Part shown: piece after piece, positions 25,385 to 39,265 of the stretch
Layout of the letters: the number at the start of each line of letters is the position of its first letter
How positions within the stretch are numbered: position 1 is the stretch's first letter
NCBI RefSeq assembly: GCF_006345805.1
Contig: NC_043007.1
Span: 45,694,001 to 45,758,000, forward strand
DNA: 64,000 nt
Direction of reading: 5' to 3'
Source: Octopus sinensis
Lineage: Eukaryota
Made by a program: the position numbers and the translations under genes
Notes under the pieces: generated by a model
Told to the model about the DNA's origin: nothing
The model's input: the letters and a program-made list of their open reading frames with translations, nothing else
Database searches by the model: none

Positions 25385-26917
25385 GTGTGTTTGTGTGTAT
25401 GTATATATATGGTCAGTAAGAATTATTTTGTGTTTGTTTCTATTTAGAAATCAAAAGAGATGACTACCAATAGCGTCAAACTTTGCTATTATGACCTGGA
25501 CATCAATCCTTTGAAACTGACCTATTTTCCATTTATATTTCAGACAGATTTAGTGTTGAGTTGTTGGGTCAGAAATATAGGTATATTCTGCTGAATACCA
25601 CAGATTTGCTTTTCAGTTGCTTAAAGTTAACCTTGGACTTGATTATGGCTCTTAATGATTGATAATAATTACGTCTCTGATCATGAACAGAAGTAATGGT
25701 GGGGAATCATAATTATGTGCTGAGAGGGATTCTCTGGGGTTTGAATAAGTGTAATAAAAGCAAAGTTTGAAGAAAGCCGTTTTTTATACTTTCTAGTGGC
25801 AATCAAATGGGAAATGACAGTTGATACTGGAGGACAAAAATCGTGTTACACAGTGTAATATTAGTAATAAACAAATGAAAATATCTGACAACCCAATATT
25901 TTGTAGCTGACTTGAGTCGTGTTTCTCTTCATCATCAAGAAGGTCATGGATCCTCTCAGTAGAGACAACGCTAGTGCTTGATCCCCGGATTAGCGTTTAA
26001 ATTGCATACCTCTACTTCTTTCATCAGTGATGCCCTATATTTATGACAGCATTATTAGAAAACAAAATAAAATAAAATTAATCTTAAAACTTCAATTAGC
26101 ACAAAACTTCAGCATTTATACTACAATTAATTTTGTGGAACATGATAGGAAATTGCGCGAAAATTATTTAGTACAATAGAGATATGTGGTTTGCCCTACA
26201 TTCTCTGACAAAATCACTTGAAAATAAGCTAAAATTATATTGATTTTAATATATAATAATTTAAATATCTTCCTTCTTTAAGCTATGTTTCTTTCTCTGG
26301 CACTATGGTTTAGTACGAGAGATATATACTGTGTGCCAAGACTGTTCTTCAAATGTCGTATGATCATTGAATAAGCATCCATATAAAACATGAGCAAGTA
26401 CCATATTTACACATATACATATATATTCAAATATATATATATATATATATTATAATATTATATATATTATATATATATATAGATATATACATATAATATA
26501 TATATATACATACAAACCACACATATATTATCAGTTATATATACATATACATACACACACACACACAATATATATATATATATATATATATAACAGTTAC
26601 TTTTATCATGATATATTGAATAATTTCGTAAATTTTCATATCTTCATTAGATACATTAGTTGATTTTGAAAAACCCTGTAACTCGCATATTCTAATGTAC
26701 TGTAATATCGGTATCATTTTCAATTGCATTAAATCTATTTCGTTTCCATGGAAATCCGGTTAAAAGCATTTGCATGATGACAAGAAGTTTTATCTCATTG
26801 ACTGACGAAAGAGGGCAGCTAATGTATCGAAGTAGTTTTTTTAATGAAAAATGGATAGAACTGTTATATGTATCTACATCTACCCCCACCACACGCACGC
26901 ACAAACAGACACACGTG

Positions 26918-27079
26918 TTCTTAAATATATCATCGGACTTAAATAATGGTCGCAGCGTCCTAGACTGTGCCATACGCTTCCACGTGTGTCTTTGTCTCTC
27001 TGTCTCTGCTTGTGGAGGAGTGTGGCCCACTGTCTAGGTTGCTTCAACCATTATTTAAGCCCGACGATATATTTAAGAA
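26918..27079. mobile_element. MITE-like element with ~48-bp imperfect TIRs
   Basis: TTCTTAAATATATCATCGGACTTAAATAATGGT...CCTAGAC versus GTCTAGG...ACCATTATTTAAGCCCGACGATATATTTAAGAA. Confidence 0.5.
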
Positions 27080-27331
27080 AGCTTTGAAGTTGGTACTCCA
27101 GTATGGTGGCAATCCAGTCACTGAAACACACATGCACACACATATATGTGTGTAAATTTCGAATGATGAAAATGAGTGCTTATCATCGCAATGGTGGAAG
27201 TAATTTGGTTATTTGTGAATTAAGGAGACCATTCGTTTCATGCTGAGAAACACATTTCTCCATGTGATTGGCTTGAACAATTGTTGACACTAAGATATTT
27301 TCCTACAGTTCTTAACATGACCTTAATTCAC

Positions 27332-27382
<51 letters not shown>

Positions 27383-27404
27383 AAATATTTGTCTTTATCT
27401 TTTG

Positions 27405-27590
27405 CTTACGTCACTCATCTGACTGCGGCTTAGGAGGTAGACGTCCTTCATGGGTTTTAGCGGGATAAATCGATCTTTTATTTTCGAACCTGGTAATTAT
27501 TCTATTGGTGATCTTTTGCCGAACCGCTAACTTATACGGACTTAAATACACCAACACCGGTTGTCAACTGTGGTGGATGACAAATAAAAA
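27405..27590 (-). mobile_element. SINE 3' half (family of 12930-13310)
   Basis: TCTTTTGCCGAACCGCTAACTTA..ACACCAACACCGGTTGTCAA. Confidence 0.65.
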
Positions 27591-28339
27591 TTACAACGGT
27601 AGACACATATAAACATATGTATATATCTATTTAAGACAATCTTCTTCGAGTTTTCGTCTACAAAATCCTCTAACAGCGCTTCGGTGGGGATTAAAATATT
27701 TCTGCTTGCGAAATTCTACAAAGAATTTAATGTGCGTTCGAAAGTATGATAAACCTCTACCATAACGCCATACTATGAAATCGAACTTGAAAACGTGCGG
27801 TTTCGTATCATACTTCTTCACTATGTTACAGTTCTTCGCTGCTATTTATTCTTTTATTCCTATTTTTATTTTGTAAATATATTTTCTATTTTCTTTCCTG
27901 ATTTCTTGTTTGTATTACCTTCGTTATTAGCCTAATTTATGTAATTTCATTCATGTTTGCTTCTTCATATTTGATGTATATATACATGTGTTCATATTAA
28001 AATTCACTAACCTTTGTATGATAATGTTTGTGTCCCTTCTTATTGTGATGCAAGGACATACTGTTCCTTAATCCTTATATCTATTCTTATTGTTTTTAAT
28101 TACAAATCTCAATTGTCTCCATTGAATTTTCATCTGAATGCATTTCTAGAAATCCACGATACGTTAAGAACATTTCCCTCGCAATCAATAATATAGAGTA
28201 TTAGCCTTCACGACAACTTATGTCGTTTCGTATTATGATTTCAAAACAATTTGCAACTGTTTTCTCTATTATAAACATTGAATTAACTGTTATACTTACT
28301 CTGTATGACAATCAGATTAAGCATATTAATAATATTGGT

Positions 28340-28520
28340 TTCAAATTATGGCACAAGGCCAGGGAAGGCCTAAGTAGAGTAGATCGACCACAACGCTCAA
28401 CTGGTACTTATTTTATCGACCTCGATTGGATGAAAGGTAATATCGACTTCAGCGGAATCTGAACTCAGAGCGTAAAGGCATTTTGCTCGGCGTGCTAACG
28501 ATTCTGCCAGCTCGCCGCCT
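28340..28520 (-). mobile_element. SINE copy (GGCGGCGAGCTGG family)
   Basis: Ends CGTGCTAACGATTCTGCCAGCTCGCCGCC. Confidence 0.8.
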
Positions 28521-29002
28521 TAAGCCTGCTTATAATATTGGTATCGAAGATAATTAACGTACTACGCCGCTCGAATTAGCTTAAATTGCTTAAATGTCGA
28601 TATCCTACACATTCCATTCATCCCTAGATGGTGAACAGAAAAGTGGAGAGGCAAAAATGATAATTGAAAAGAGAACTCATTCGGTTTATGACAGCATAAC
28701 AATTAGGTTTTCAATTGTGGAGTGATGCATAATTGTTTAAATGGCATTTTACAAGTTACTGATTTTAATTCTTAAAGAACATGCTCGGCTCTCGCGCAAA
28801 GTCAAGTACATTGAGAAGAGTGAATACACACACATACACACATAAATATAGTTGCAATGAAGATATATAAACCTCTTATAGGGATATTTTATCCAAGATA
28901 CACTGGGTTATAATTTGAAGAGATATTTCTTCAATGAATATATTATATAAAATTATAAAATATCGTAAAGTATCAAACATTATATCGAGTTACAAAGTAA
29001 TA

Positions 29003-29090
<88 letters not shown>

Positions 29091-29167
29091 TATATTATTA
29101 TATATATATATAGATATATATATAATATATATATATATAATATATATATATATATACATATATATGT

Positions 29168-29219
<52 letters not shown>

Positions 29220-30039
29220 ATATATACACCTATATATATACGCATATATATATATATACATATATATAGCAAATGAAAGACAAACGATGGAATATACGAG
29301 AATTTATTATTAATGACAATTGTTTCGACACATCTAGCATAGATTCCTCTTGGGTGGGACACTCAACAACTGGTTCAGGAGCATCCGGTGGTGCAGATGT
29401 ATCTCGTCGGGTGATAAATATATAAACACAACTCATTAAAATGACTGTTCCACAATGTAACGCTCCGTTTTGTAGAGAGAAAAACAGCCAGACGGAGGAA
29501 ATACTTTCATTTATATAGAAGAGCAAAAATAAAATCGCAGATGACGAAAAGAGAAACAAAGGCGCAATCCAGCGAGAAAAGTATTAAATTTAACCGTTAA
29601 GAGATATGAATGTATAAACACCCTCAGGCAAGCTGCATGGCTCATCCGTAAGAATGTGAGCATACACACACATGAGGTTTGCTGGACTCATGATCACAAA
29701 GCAAGTTATTTATTTGGTGATTATAAGAATGGGGGAGGTTAGAAGTATACTGAAGCCATCCATACCTTACAGCAAATTAAATTAACGGTTACTTAAAATT
29801 CATTCTCACTGCATTGTGCGAAAGTACATTTATATGCATCTAGGCATCTCGAGAGTCGTTCAGAAATTCTATTAATTATCTTCTTGTTAGTCTACAGAAT
29901 AAACAGGGATTCCTCGGAGAAGTGACGGCACCTCCTGGAAGTTATATCGTATGGCTATGCATACCTTACTATGGACTAGCTAATGCTGTACTTCGTTTTA
30001 TTCTCTTTCAGACACCATACAAAATCTGCCAAATTATTA

Positions 30040-30074
30040 TCTAATAATAATAATAATAAATAATAATAATAATG

Positions 30075-30149
<75 letters not shown>

Positions 30150-30175
30150 TTACTACTACTACTACTACTACTGAT

Positions 30176-30209
<34 letters not shown>

Positions 30210-30227
30210 TAATAATAATGATAATGA

Positions 30228-30262
<35 letters not shown>

Positions 30263-30288
30263 TTACTACTACTACTACTACTACTGAT

Positions 30289-30325
<37 letters not shown>

Positions 30326-30995
30326 GAAAGTGTGTGTACTGTGAAATTGTTATTTTTACTCATCCGAGACTATCCAACAGACCTCGATGAAAATTGATAC
30401 GTGTGGGGGGCTTATGCGCATGCGGTCACTTACGCACTTAGAATTTAGAAAAATCGATTTTTAATCACCATCAATTTTTCAACAATTGTAAAACTTCTGC
30501 ATTTTTCGCACTAGCTATCGTGACATCAATTTGACGAAAAATGCCGAAATTTGACGGAAAATGTTTCATGGGTATAAACAGACAGCTTATTAACGGTAAT
30601 CTACTTAGTATTTGCTAATTCTTCTTTTCAATGCAAATTGTTTTGATTTGGTAAAACTTATTATTCCAATTCGTTGTTTTAATTCCCCAGCGTTTCAAGT
30701 TTTGATGAGGTAAAACCATTTTATTTCTCAAGCAAAATTTTGGCATTTTTCACACTAGCCATCTAGACATCAATTTGACGGAATCTGCCCCAAAGCGTAA
30801 AATTTCGCTATTTTACACAGATGCACAAAAATTACAACACAGGTTCGCTACCAAACTCTGCTCTTTTTTTCGTTAAATTGGTCCTATTAATGTAGATGTG
30901 AAATTTTTGAAAAATGTCGAAATTTGACGAAAAATGTTTTATGGCTATAAACAGACATCTTATTAACGGTAACATTTACCGACTACCTCAGCTAG
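30040..30995 (+). mobile_element. Non-autonomous Helitron with duplicated 3' region
   Basis: 3' hairpin CGGTAA-CAT-TTACCG then CTAG|T at 30992-30996; candidate A|TC 5' end at 30040; internal repeat 30550-30600 similar to 30918-30972. Confidence 0.55.
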
Positions 30996-31016
30996 TATAT
31001 ATGTATACATATATAC

Positions 31017-31115
<99 letters not shown>

Positions 31116-31172
31116 GTGTATATATATATATACATATGTTTAAACACACACTCACATACACACGTATATATA

Positions 31173-31236
31173 ATGACCATTGGTTTCGTGCCTATAAAGC
31201 GTTTAGCCGTATAGGCGAGTCACCATCCTCAAATAG
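31173..31236 (-). ncRNA. Hammerhead motif downstream of a PLE endonuclease (C3 to T, stem I clipped)
   Basis: Minus TTGAGGA..GT[gactc]GCCTATA/TATAGGC-AC-GAAA-CCAATGG-TC^AT then microsatellite. Confidence 0.5.
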
Positions 31237-31424
31237 CCGACTGAGCGTAACCTCTCTACAATCAGAGGAATTAAATCGCCCCAGTCAATTAGTTATGTAA
31301 GCCAAACATTTTTGTTCGAGCTGGAGGTATTGCAGATGCGACGGATCTATCTCTCTTACATTGATTCCATTTGTGGTGATATTAGAAGCTGCCCCGGCCT
31401 ATTCAACGAATGGGGAGTCCCAAG

Positions 31425-31590
31425 TTTGCAGTAGGAAACTTTTTAGATGTGGGCACCGACTAAATACCGCTTTCCCGAACTTTAAAAGCTTACCTTTCCC
31501 TCTCTACCAAGCAAAGCCTACACCTTTTGCCCTCGTTTATATAAATATCCAAATGTACAAGGAGCTTCCATTTAATTATATACGGGGTTC
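31425..31590 (-). pseudogene. Penelope-like element GIY-YIG endonuclease C-terminal remnant
   Basis: YIIKWKLLVHLDIYINEGKRCRLCLVERE and SRCPHLKSFLL resemble the PLE IKW...KRCxLCLxEK...SKCRH end. Confidence 0.6.
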
Positions 31591-32139
31591 GTTGCTCTTT
31601 TAATCACCACATGTTGCTCACCAGGAACGAGATGTTGCGCCTTTTGTGTCTCCTAAAAGAATATATGTGGTTGTTCAGACGTTGCTTAAACAGGGGCACT
31701 GTGAATCCGCATATTGGATGTGCTACGAACGCTGATTTTCTGGTGTGATGCCGTTGTTGCTGTTGTTACTAGAGTTGCTGCCGGCGCTGATAGTCGTGGA
31801 CGTGATCCTGGTGGTTCCGTTGTTGCTGACCATTTCCGGCCGCAATATTGGTGCTCCTGCTGTCGTCGTAACCGTTGTTGTCTTTGCTGCTTCAAGCTCT
31901 GCTGCTGCCACGGCTCCCGTTGCTGACATTATTGTTGCTGCTGTTGTTGTCGGCAGATTTGTTGTATAATACAAAGCATGCAAACTGATGCAAACATGTC
32001 ATCATGAGTTTACTTCATACAGAAATGTTTACTATATGCAAAAGCCAGTGATACGGCTGTAAATCAAAACCTGTTAAATAATACTTACTGATCAAAGACC
32101 GATAAATAAATAAATAAAATTTTGCTGCAGCGTTATTTG

Positions 32140-33054
32140 TATTCACACAAAAATATTTCCATCTAAGTGTTTTGTTTCTTGTTTGTAACTATAGTCCCTC
32201 TACGACTTTTGCATACTTTTTGAAAAAAATTAAATAAATTTATTTACTTTTCTGACGTATGACGGCAGTGTGTCAACAGAACGAAGTGATCATTTACGAC
32301 AACTGCCTCTGTTTACCTTTAATCCAAATTTCAAAACTGCCTAAACCACGGGAGACGTTTGTGCTGTGTGCGATGAGTGAGTTATTACTGAAACACCTGC
32401 ACCAAAATGGTTTCACGTTTCTAGCAAGGAACATTCTCACTCACGTTTCATTTACACACACATCTCACGCACGCTTCGCGTTCCGATCGACCTGTTCAGT
32501 TCAATGAGGACGGAACAATCCTAGCCACAAGGTTACGCGCCGATCCAACAAGAAGTTGGATCAGCTGATGGTCTCCCCACATAAATCTATCACTCATTAC
32601 TTTCACTCCATACGTAAAGTTCAAAAAGTCAAATCATACATTTATGTTACACAAATACACCGACTCAACAAGACAGTCCAGTAGAAATGAGCCGAACACC
32701 GACACAGTTGCTTCTGCAACACGACAACGCTTGACCCCACGTTTCTAATATGATCCCAAATGATATTCGATCGGGAAGGTCTACTGCACCAACCTGACAG
32801 AAAGTTTTTCCGGCAACTGTCGAAGAGTCTGCATAGCATTATGTTTAAGAACTACGCAGGTTGAAAAACCTGACTTGATGAATTCGTCGTGTGAAGGCTT
32901 GATGTTTTCTATCATCAAGGCATTGACAGACTAGTGGAACACTGACAACAACACGTGAACAATGAAAGAAAATATATTATTTGTTAAAATTGTTAATTCA
33001 AAACGAGGGTTAAACAAAATTCAAAATTGACCGTATTTATCTGTTAAACCAATA
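32140..33054 (+). mobile_element. Internally deleted, heavily decayed mariner
   Basis: HLRQLPLFTFNPNFKTA (HTH start), LLQHDNA, YHQGIDRLVEH; terminal TATTTATCTGTTAAACCAATA. Confidence 0.6.
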
Positions 33055-36000
33055 AAAAAGTACGTATATTTCGGGGAGATCTTCACATACACGTGTACCA
33101 TAATTCATTTGTAAGTCGATATGAGGCTAAAAGAATAATACTTTCGCAAGGTTCCACGCGGTAGGATCACACCTGAACACTTATCACTATAAAATGAAGC
33201 TGTTTACAAACCATATTCTGAAAATATTTGGGATAATTGCGCCATTTTGTAGCAAGAATGAATGTACTCGTATAACTTCTCAACGCAATTGTTCAGTCAT
33301 TTTTTTATATTGCGAAGTTTACATATTTGGTAAGAGTTTCAAAAATTGATATAGTTCAACTACACGGCCATAAATTTGAACTCACTGGTGTTTTGCTCAG
33401 AAAATTTTTAAAATTCAGTACAGTTTCTTCTTCATCATTTTTCTAAATTCTGCTTCGGGGATTTTTCTGAATTTTTCTGCCTTTTTAAATTTTTTTTCGT
33501 TTACTTCAAGTATTTTAGTAGAGCTTGATTTCTCACATCGATAACTTTTATTACTTTCTGTTTGGTTAACATATGTAGTGTTTTAAAATAAGCTGTACAA
33601 ATATTCTTTCAATTTTTCTCTATTTTTATCTTTGTAAACAATATCACCATGTCTTTGATATCCTCCCTTTCTTGTTATTAGCTTCATTGATTTGTAAAGA
33701 TCTTTGGTAGAGTTCTCAATGAAGTTTTTTGAATATCGTCACAAATTTTGTGGAACGTTATCATATAACAGACGAAGATATCATTCTTTAAATTCCAGTG
33801 ATATCATGCAACTTTTTTTTTCTAGAATTTTCTGTTTTCATGTCTGATATCTACATCAGTAATATTTTTGGGATTTGGTAATATAATTCTTTAATTCCAA
33901 TAGCTCATTTTAAACATTATTCCACATCGCATTGCCACTGTTTTTTCAAATCATTTTATATTTTTAATTCCATCATTATATTCATTTACATTGTATGCAA
34001 CATCGTATCTTCTCTCTTTTAAGATCTGTTTATTGCGATTAAAACACAATCCAACTATTGCAACAATACTCTGATGGTTACTTTTGCAGTTTATAAATGC
34101 GTACGGTTTTTCAAAAATGCTTTCTTATCACTGTTTGACCATAAAGAAATCTATTTGATTACAAGTCTGGAGATTAGGAGAGATCTAATAGCAGAATCAT
34201 CATTGAGGTTGGTGAAACCAAACCTTAGAAATACTAATTTGCTTCATTCACAAAATTTAAGTAAACAAACTCATTGATTATTACTAATAACCACCTCTAC
34301 TGATTTTGGAGTTAGTTTTCCCCACATTAGCAATAGTATCGCGATGAGAATGAGGTGTTTTTTAGCTTATTGACCAAAGGCATCTTGAAATGCATCATAG
34401 ATTCTGTGTATCCCATCTCCAATCGAGGTAGTACCAGTTGCACAGAAGCGTATGGCTTTTATATAAATGGTTTCTGTTTCTATCTCCCTATGCTTCCACT
34501 CTACCATTTTTATGAAGATAGAAAAATGTATGAAACGTTAAGACATTCTTTTCTTCAGCGTTGAACTAGTAACATGTTACCGTACGTTGTTCTTTCTGCA
34601 TTGTTATCTATGTGATATTCAAATGTTCGTAATATTACACCATTCCTTCCTTCCTTCATATATATTTATATATCGCATATCTATATACATGTTTTTCTTT
34701 CTCTCACTAACTTATCAGCCACCAGTGTCACTTTAGCCAGGACAAGAAGTGCCAACGTCTATTTCTAGAAACTTGACTATTATATCTTCTTATACTTCCC
34801 TTCTTTTTTGAACTTTACTACTCACTTTTAGTACCCCGCTCCGTACCACATTTTAATCTTTCTCTCCACCTTAGTGCCTTTCAAATATATCACCCTACCT
34901 CTCACTTCTCACACATATTCTTTCCTTACATTCTTATCTCTTCCTTCTACCCCACCTATTATTCCCCTTATCTGCTGGTAGCTCTCCTCTCCCCAGCCCC
35001 TTACACTATCTTGACCACCATCTAGCGCTCCTTTTACATTTTCCCTTCCTCTTCTTTTTCTGCCTTTCTTTCTTCTTTCCTTCCACAGTCATTTTGACCA
35101 ACACCATTTTCTTCCTTCTAAAATACTTATCTATTGCCTTCGCCCTCTCTACTCCCCCTACCAGTATATTCTCAAAATTCCATTTATACAAGATACCTTT
35201 GAATGAATAACACATGGAATTAATATCTGTACACTGTTCATCTGTTATAACAAAATATGATCGCCTATCGGAATTTACATACCATGGACAAGAAGCCCCT
35301 TTACCCATTCTACACAGCACATTCCTTGAATAATGGAGCTGTAACTGTAACATTCAACATATATTTTTGTTTTTATTCTCATATTTCCCGTTATACTTCC
35401 TATATCCCACCCTTTCCAAAATAACTTCTCATATTGAACTCCACTATTTCTTTCTATTTAACTCTCATATCGTCTCTGATGAGGGAATATCCTTTATACC
35501 CAAGAAACAGTTGTAAGACGAACTTTATCTTTATATATTTCCTAGAAATTTCACACTGCCTTGGCTTTGTTGTGTCATTTTATTTAACATATATATATAT
35601 GTATGTATATGGGTGCTTGAGTACGCATGTTTGTGTTTGTGTGTATGTGTGTGAGTGTAAACCCATAGAATGTTTTAATTCAGTTGTAAAATATAACTCA
35701 TAATTAGTTCAATAACCACAACAAATTCCTCATTAAAATTTGGGAGCCAGTTTTATCACTTTTATAATCTAATTCACATTTTGACTGATCAAAAGCATAA
35801 CTGGAAAGTTTGTTTATTGTAGATTGAAGTCGGACACAGCCTGGCGTCTATGTAAATAATAATAATAATTTTTCAATGTTTTTTTTCTTTTGCGGTGTTT
35901 TAACCTGAATATGCATGAATTCGATTTTGTTTCGAAAATTCGATTTACTTCTAGCAAACGAGTTCTTTGCCAGTATTAACAAACTTAATTTCTACTTTTT

Positions 36001-36179
36001 GACGTTTGACTTACGATTAAAACACATTGAACGATTAATCGATCTTAGTGTTGGGGGTAGCAACATATAATTTTTGCTAGGATAATTTGCCCTATTGTGA
36101 TCACTGGTAAGTCAATTCCTCAGAGCATGTGTTCCCAATTTAATTGTAAAATCCACATAATTTTCTTTCTTTCTTTTTA

Positions 36180-36245
<66 letters not shown>

Positions 36246-36287
36246 GTCTGTCTGTCTTTCTATCTATCTACCTACCTATCTATCTAC

Positions 36288-36340
<53 letters not shown>

Positions 36341-36361
36341 CATCTATCTATCTATCTATCC

Positions 36362-36426
<65 letters not shown>
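36180..36426. repeat. (CTAT)n tetranucleotide microsatellite
   Basis: Directly visible; source of the IYLS ORFs. Confidence 0.97.
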
Positions 36427-36427
<1 letters not shown>

Positions 36428-36432
36428 GTCTT

Positions 36433-36467
<35 letters not shown>

Positions 36468-38608
36468 TTATGCCCCTATCAATACATACATACACACATA
36501 CATACAGACAGACAAACACACACACGCGTGCACTGACACGCACGCACACAGGCATGCAAGACAAGGCATAGACACTGGTCATTAAATATTATTCTTTATT
36601 GTAGTAAATTTAACTTAATCTGTCACTTATGATCATTTTAGGTTCATTGTTGATTAGTTTACTCACTCGGCCCGTTTCTTGAGAGTTCTGCTTGTGGTCA
36701 TAACTAAAAATGACTGACGAAAGTACCATGAATTTTCTAGGTCGTTCAATTTATTTCAACCGATCAACGGGCCGACTGAGTAAAATTATCAATAGCGAAA
36801 CTATAATGACTACTGGTAACAGCTGTAAGTCAAATTTGCTGTGATATAGAAAAAAAATGTAATGACCATTATTTATGCTTTGTCTTGTATATCATTATGT
36901 GTAAAAAGCAGTATAGCTGGAACACAACCACGGGCTTACAATATAGAATGGTGGTAAACTACAACCTCGGGTCCTGCTACAAGAATACTCAGAGTTCTTT
37001 ATTAATCTAAACAGCCTGGTGTACTAACAAAGAACTTATAAAGTATTTTGCCCAGATTGATAATCACTCACTAATAACTATGTCTGTGGGCACACTACCT
37101 GCAAATTATCCCTGAAAGAAGGTTTGGTTACTGCAGTTAACGCTTCCTTCCTTAACTATATTTGTTTAGTTCTAAATTTAACCTATATATATATATATAT
37201 ATATATATTTATAAATATATACAGAAAGACGTGGCTCACTTCGCTGGTGTCTTGCTTCTGACTGGTCCTTGAAGCTTACCCTCAAATTAGTATATGCTTT
37301 GAATAGGACTTGATTGGTAGAGGATAGTCACCTGACTGGTCTTAGAAATTTTTATGTGTCAGCATCAAGTGACAATATTTGGCGTCGTAAGTTAAGGCTG
37401 ACAGGGCTGACTGAACACATCCAGTGATAGCATGAAACAATCAATGGTCTGAATGTTTTCTGTTAAGTGTTGGTAGAGAAGGAACGTGATAAAAATTTCT
37501 CGCTACGTCTGAGTGTTAGTGTCACGGGACAGTGTAGTTTGCGCCTAAAAACAGTTGCGAAATAAGCCCGAGCATCGAACATATACACCTGCTTGTTGTT
37601 CATACACCTGTCTTCGTCTTTTGTTTTTCCCTAAATTGCAACTGCATATATACAAATTTCGTAACATGCATTTGGCCGCTCTTTTGTCGTTATTTGATTT
37701 ACCATATCTTATACTACAATATAAAATGTTCCAGGGACCCGATCGACCGACTACATATGCCTGGTCCTGCTGCAAAATATTCAACTATATAGCAATTATA
37801 AAGAATTATCTTCTATAATGTAATACACACGCACAGACACACACAGACATAGACACACACACCCGCGCAGATACACACACACAAATACACACATAAAGAC
37901 ATACATGGATATAAAGTCAGCAATGTAAAGCCGTATGCGGTGCACAAATGTTGAGATCTACTATTAAAGTCTGATATCCTCCATCCTAGTGTTATCTATC
38001 TATCTATGTATCTATCTATCTATATAAACACACACACATATATATATACATATATATAAACATATATATATATATACATACACACACACACATATGTATA
38101 CACACACATGTATATGTAAACATATATACATGTACATATATATGTGTGCTTATGTATGTGCATATACATATATATGTATATGTGTGTGTGTGTGCGTGTG
38201 TGTCTGTGTCTGTGTATTGGTATACACGCACACTCACATTCAGATACACGCTAATGCATAAATTCACAAATGTAGAGGGATACTAGAGATTTTGTTCACC
38301 ATTTTACTCTACATTTGTCATTTTCTAAATCCTTATGAAAACAAATCTGACCATTATTGGTGTGTTTTGTCGAGTATTGGATGTTGAATTTAACATTGAA
38401 AAAGCAAAAAAAAAAAAAAGATAATAAGAAATGAATTCCTAAATTATATAGAGTAATCAAAAATTCCCATGAATTCAATAACTATTGAATTGTGTCCTTT
38501 ACAGCTCGATGTTTTTGCTATTACTGATGAAAGAACTATTTATTGGTATGAAGGTCCAAGCATATACACACCACTTTTATATATATATATATTATATATA
38601 TATATATA

Positions 38609-38664
<56 letters not shown>

Positions 38665-39207
38665 ATATATACATATATATAATATATATATATATATATA
38701 TGTATATTGTATATGTGTATACATATGTGTGGTGTGTATGTATGTTTGTATATACACGTGCCTATATATTTGTTTTTATGTGTGCACATTAGTATGCGAT
38801 TATGTAAGTATGCCTCTGCTTGTGTACGTGTGCGCCATTGATTGTGTGCTCCATAGATGGAATTTCCTTTGTGTGGGAGGAAAATAAATATATAAAGATG
38901 GATAAAATAGAGGGAACTCTTACGTAAATAAAAACAAATAACGATCATCCCATGAGATTTGATTTATTGATTCTTTCATCGAATATATTCCCCCTTGAAT
39001 TCTGGAACTACAAGATTTAAAGATCGATTAAATCACGGTTTGTATTTCAGTCATTTGGTAGATTTCTATCTTTCATATGAAAATGTTTGTATTTATCTCT
39101 AACATAAAGCGACATCTGTTCTATATATTTATATTTACACAATTTACATAAATTCAATAGGTATTAAAATAGCAACTAAACTGGAGTTGGAATTGACATT
39201 CATCATG

Positions 39208-39265
<58 letters not shown>

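Noticed and set aside
29230-29570. Protein-like stretches, a faint THAP-like MTVPQCNAPFC start, and a CCGACGA motif on the minus strand
   Set aside because: Stops follow quickly, no convincing splice sites, and the putative hammerhead stems do not pair.
31686-31983. GC-richer A/T/N/Q-rich ORFs on both strands (similar case at 13568-13939)
   Set aside because: Best explained as decayed (AAC)/(CAG)-type trinucleotide repeats; no splice or homology support.
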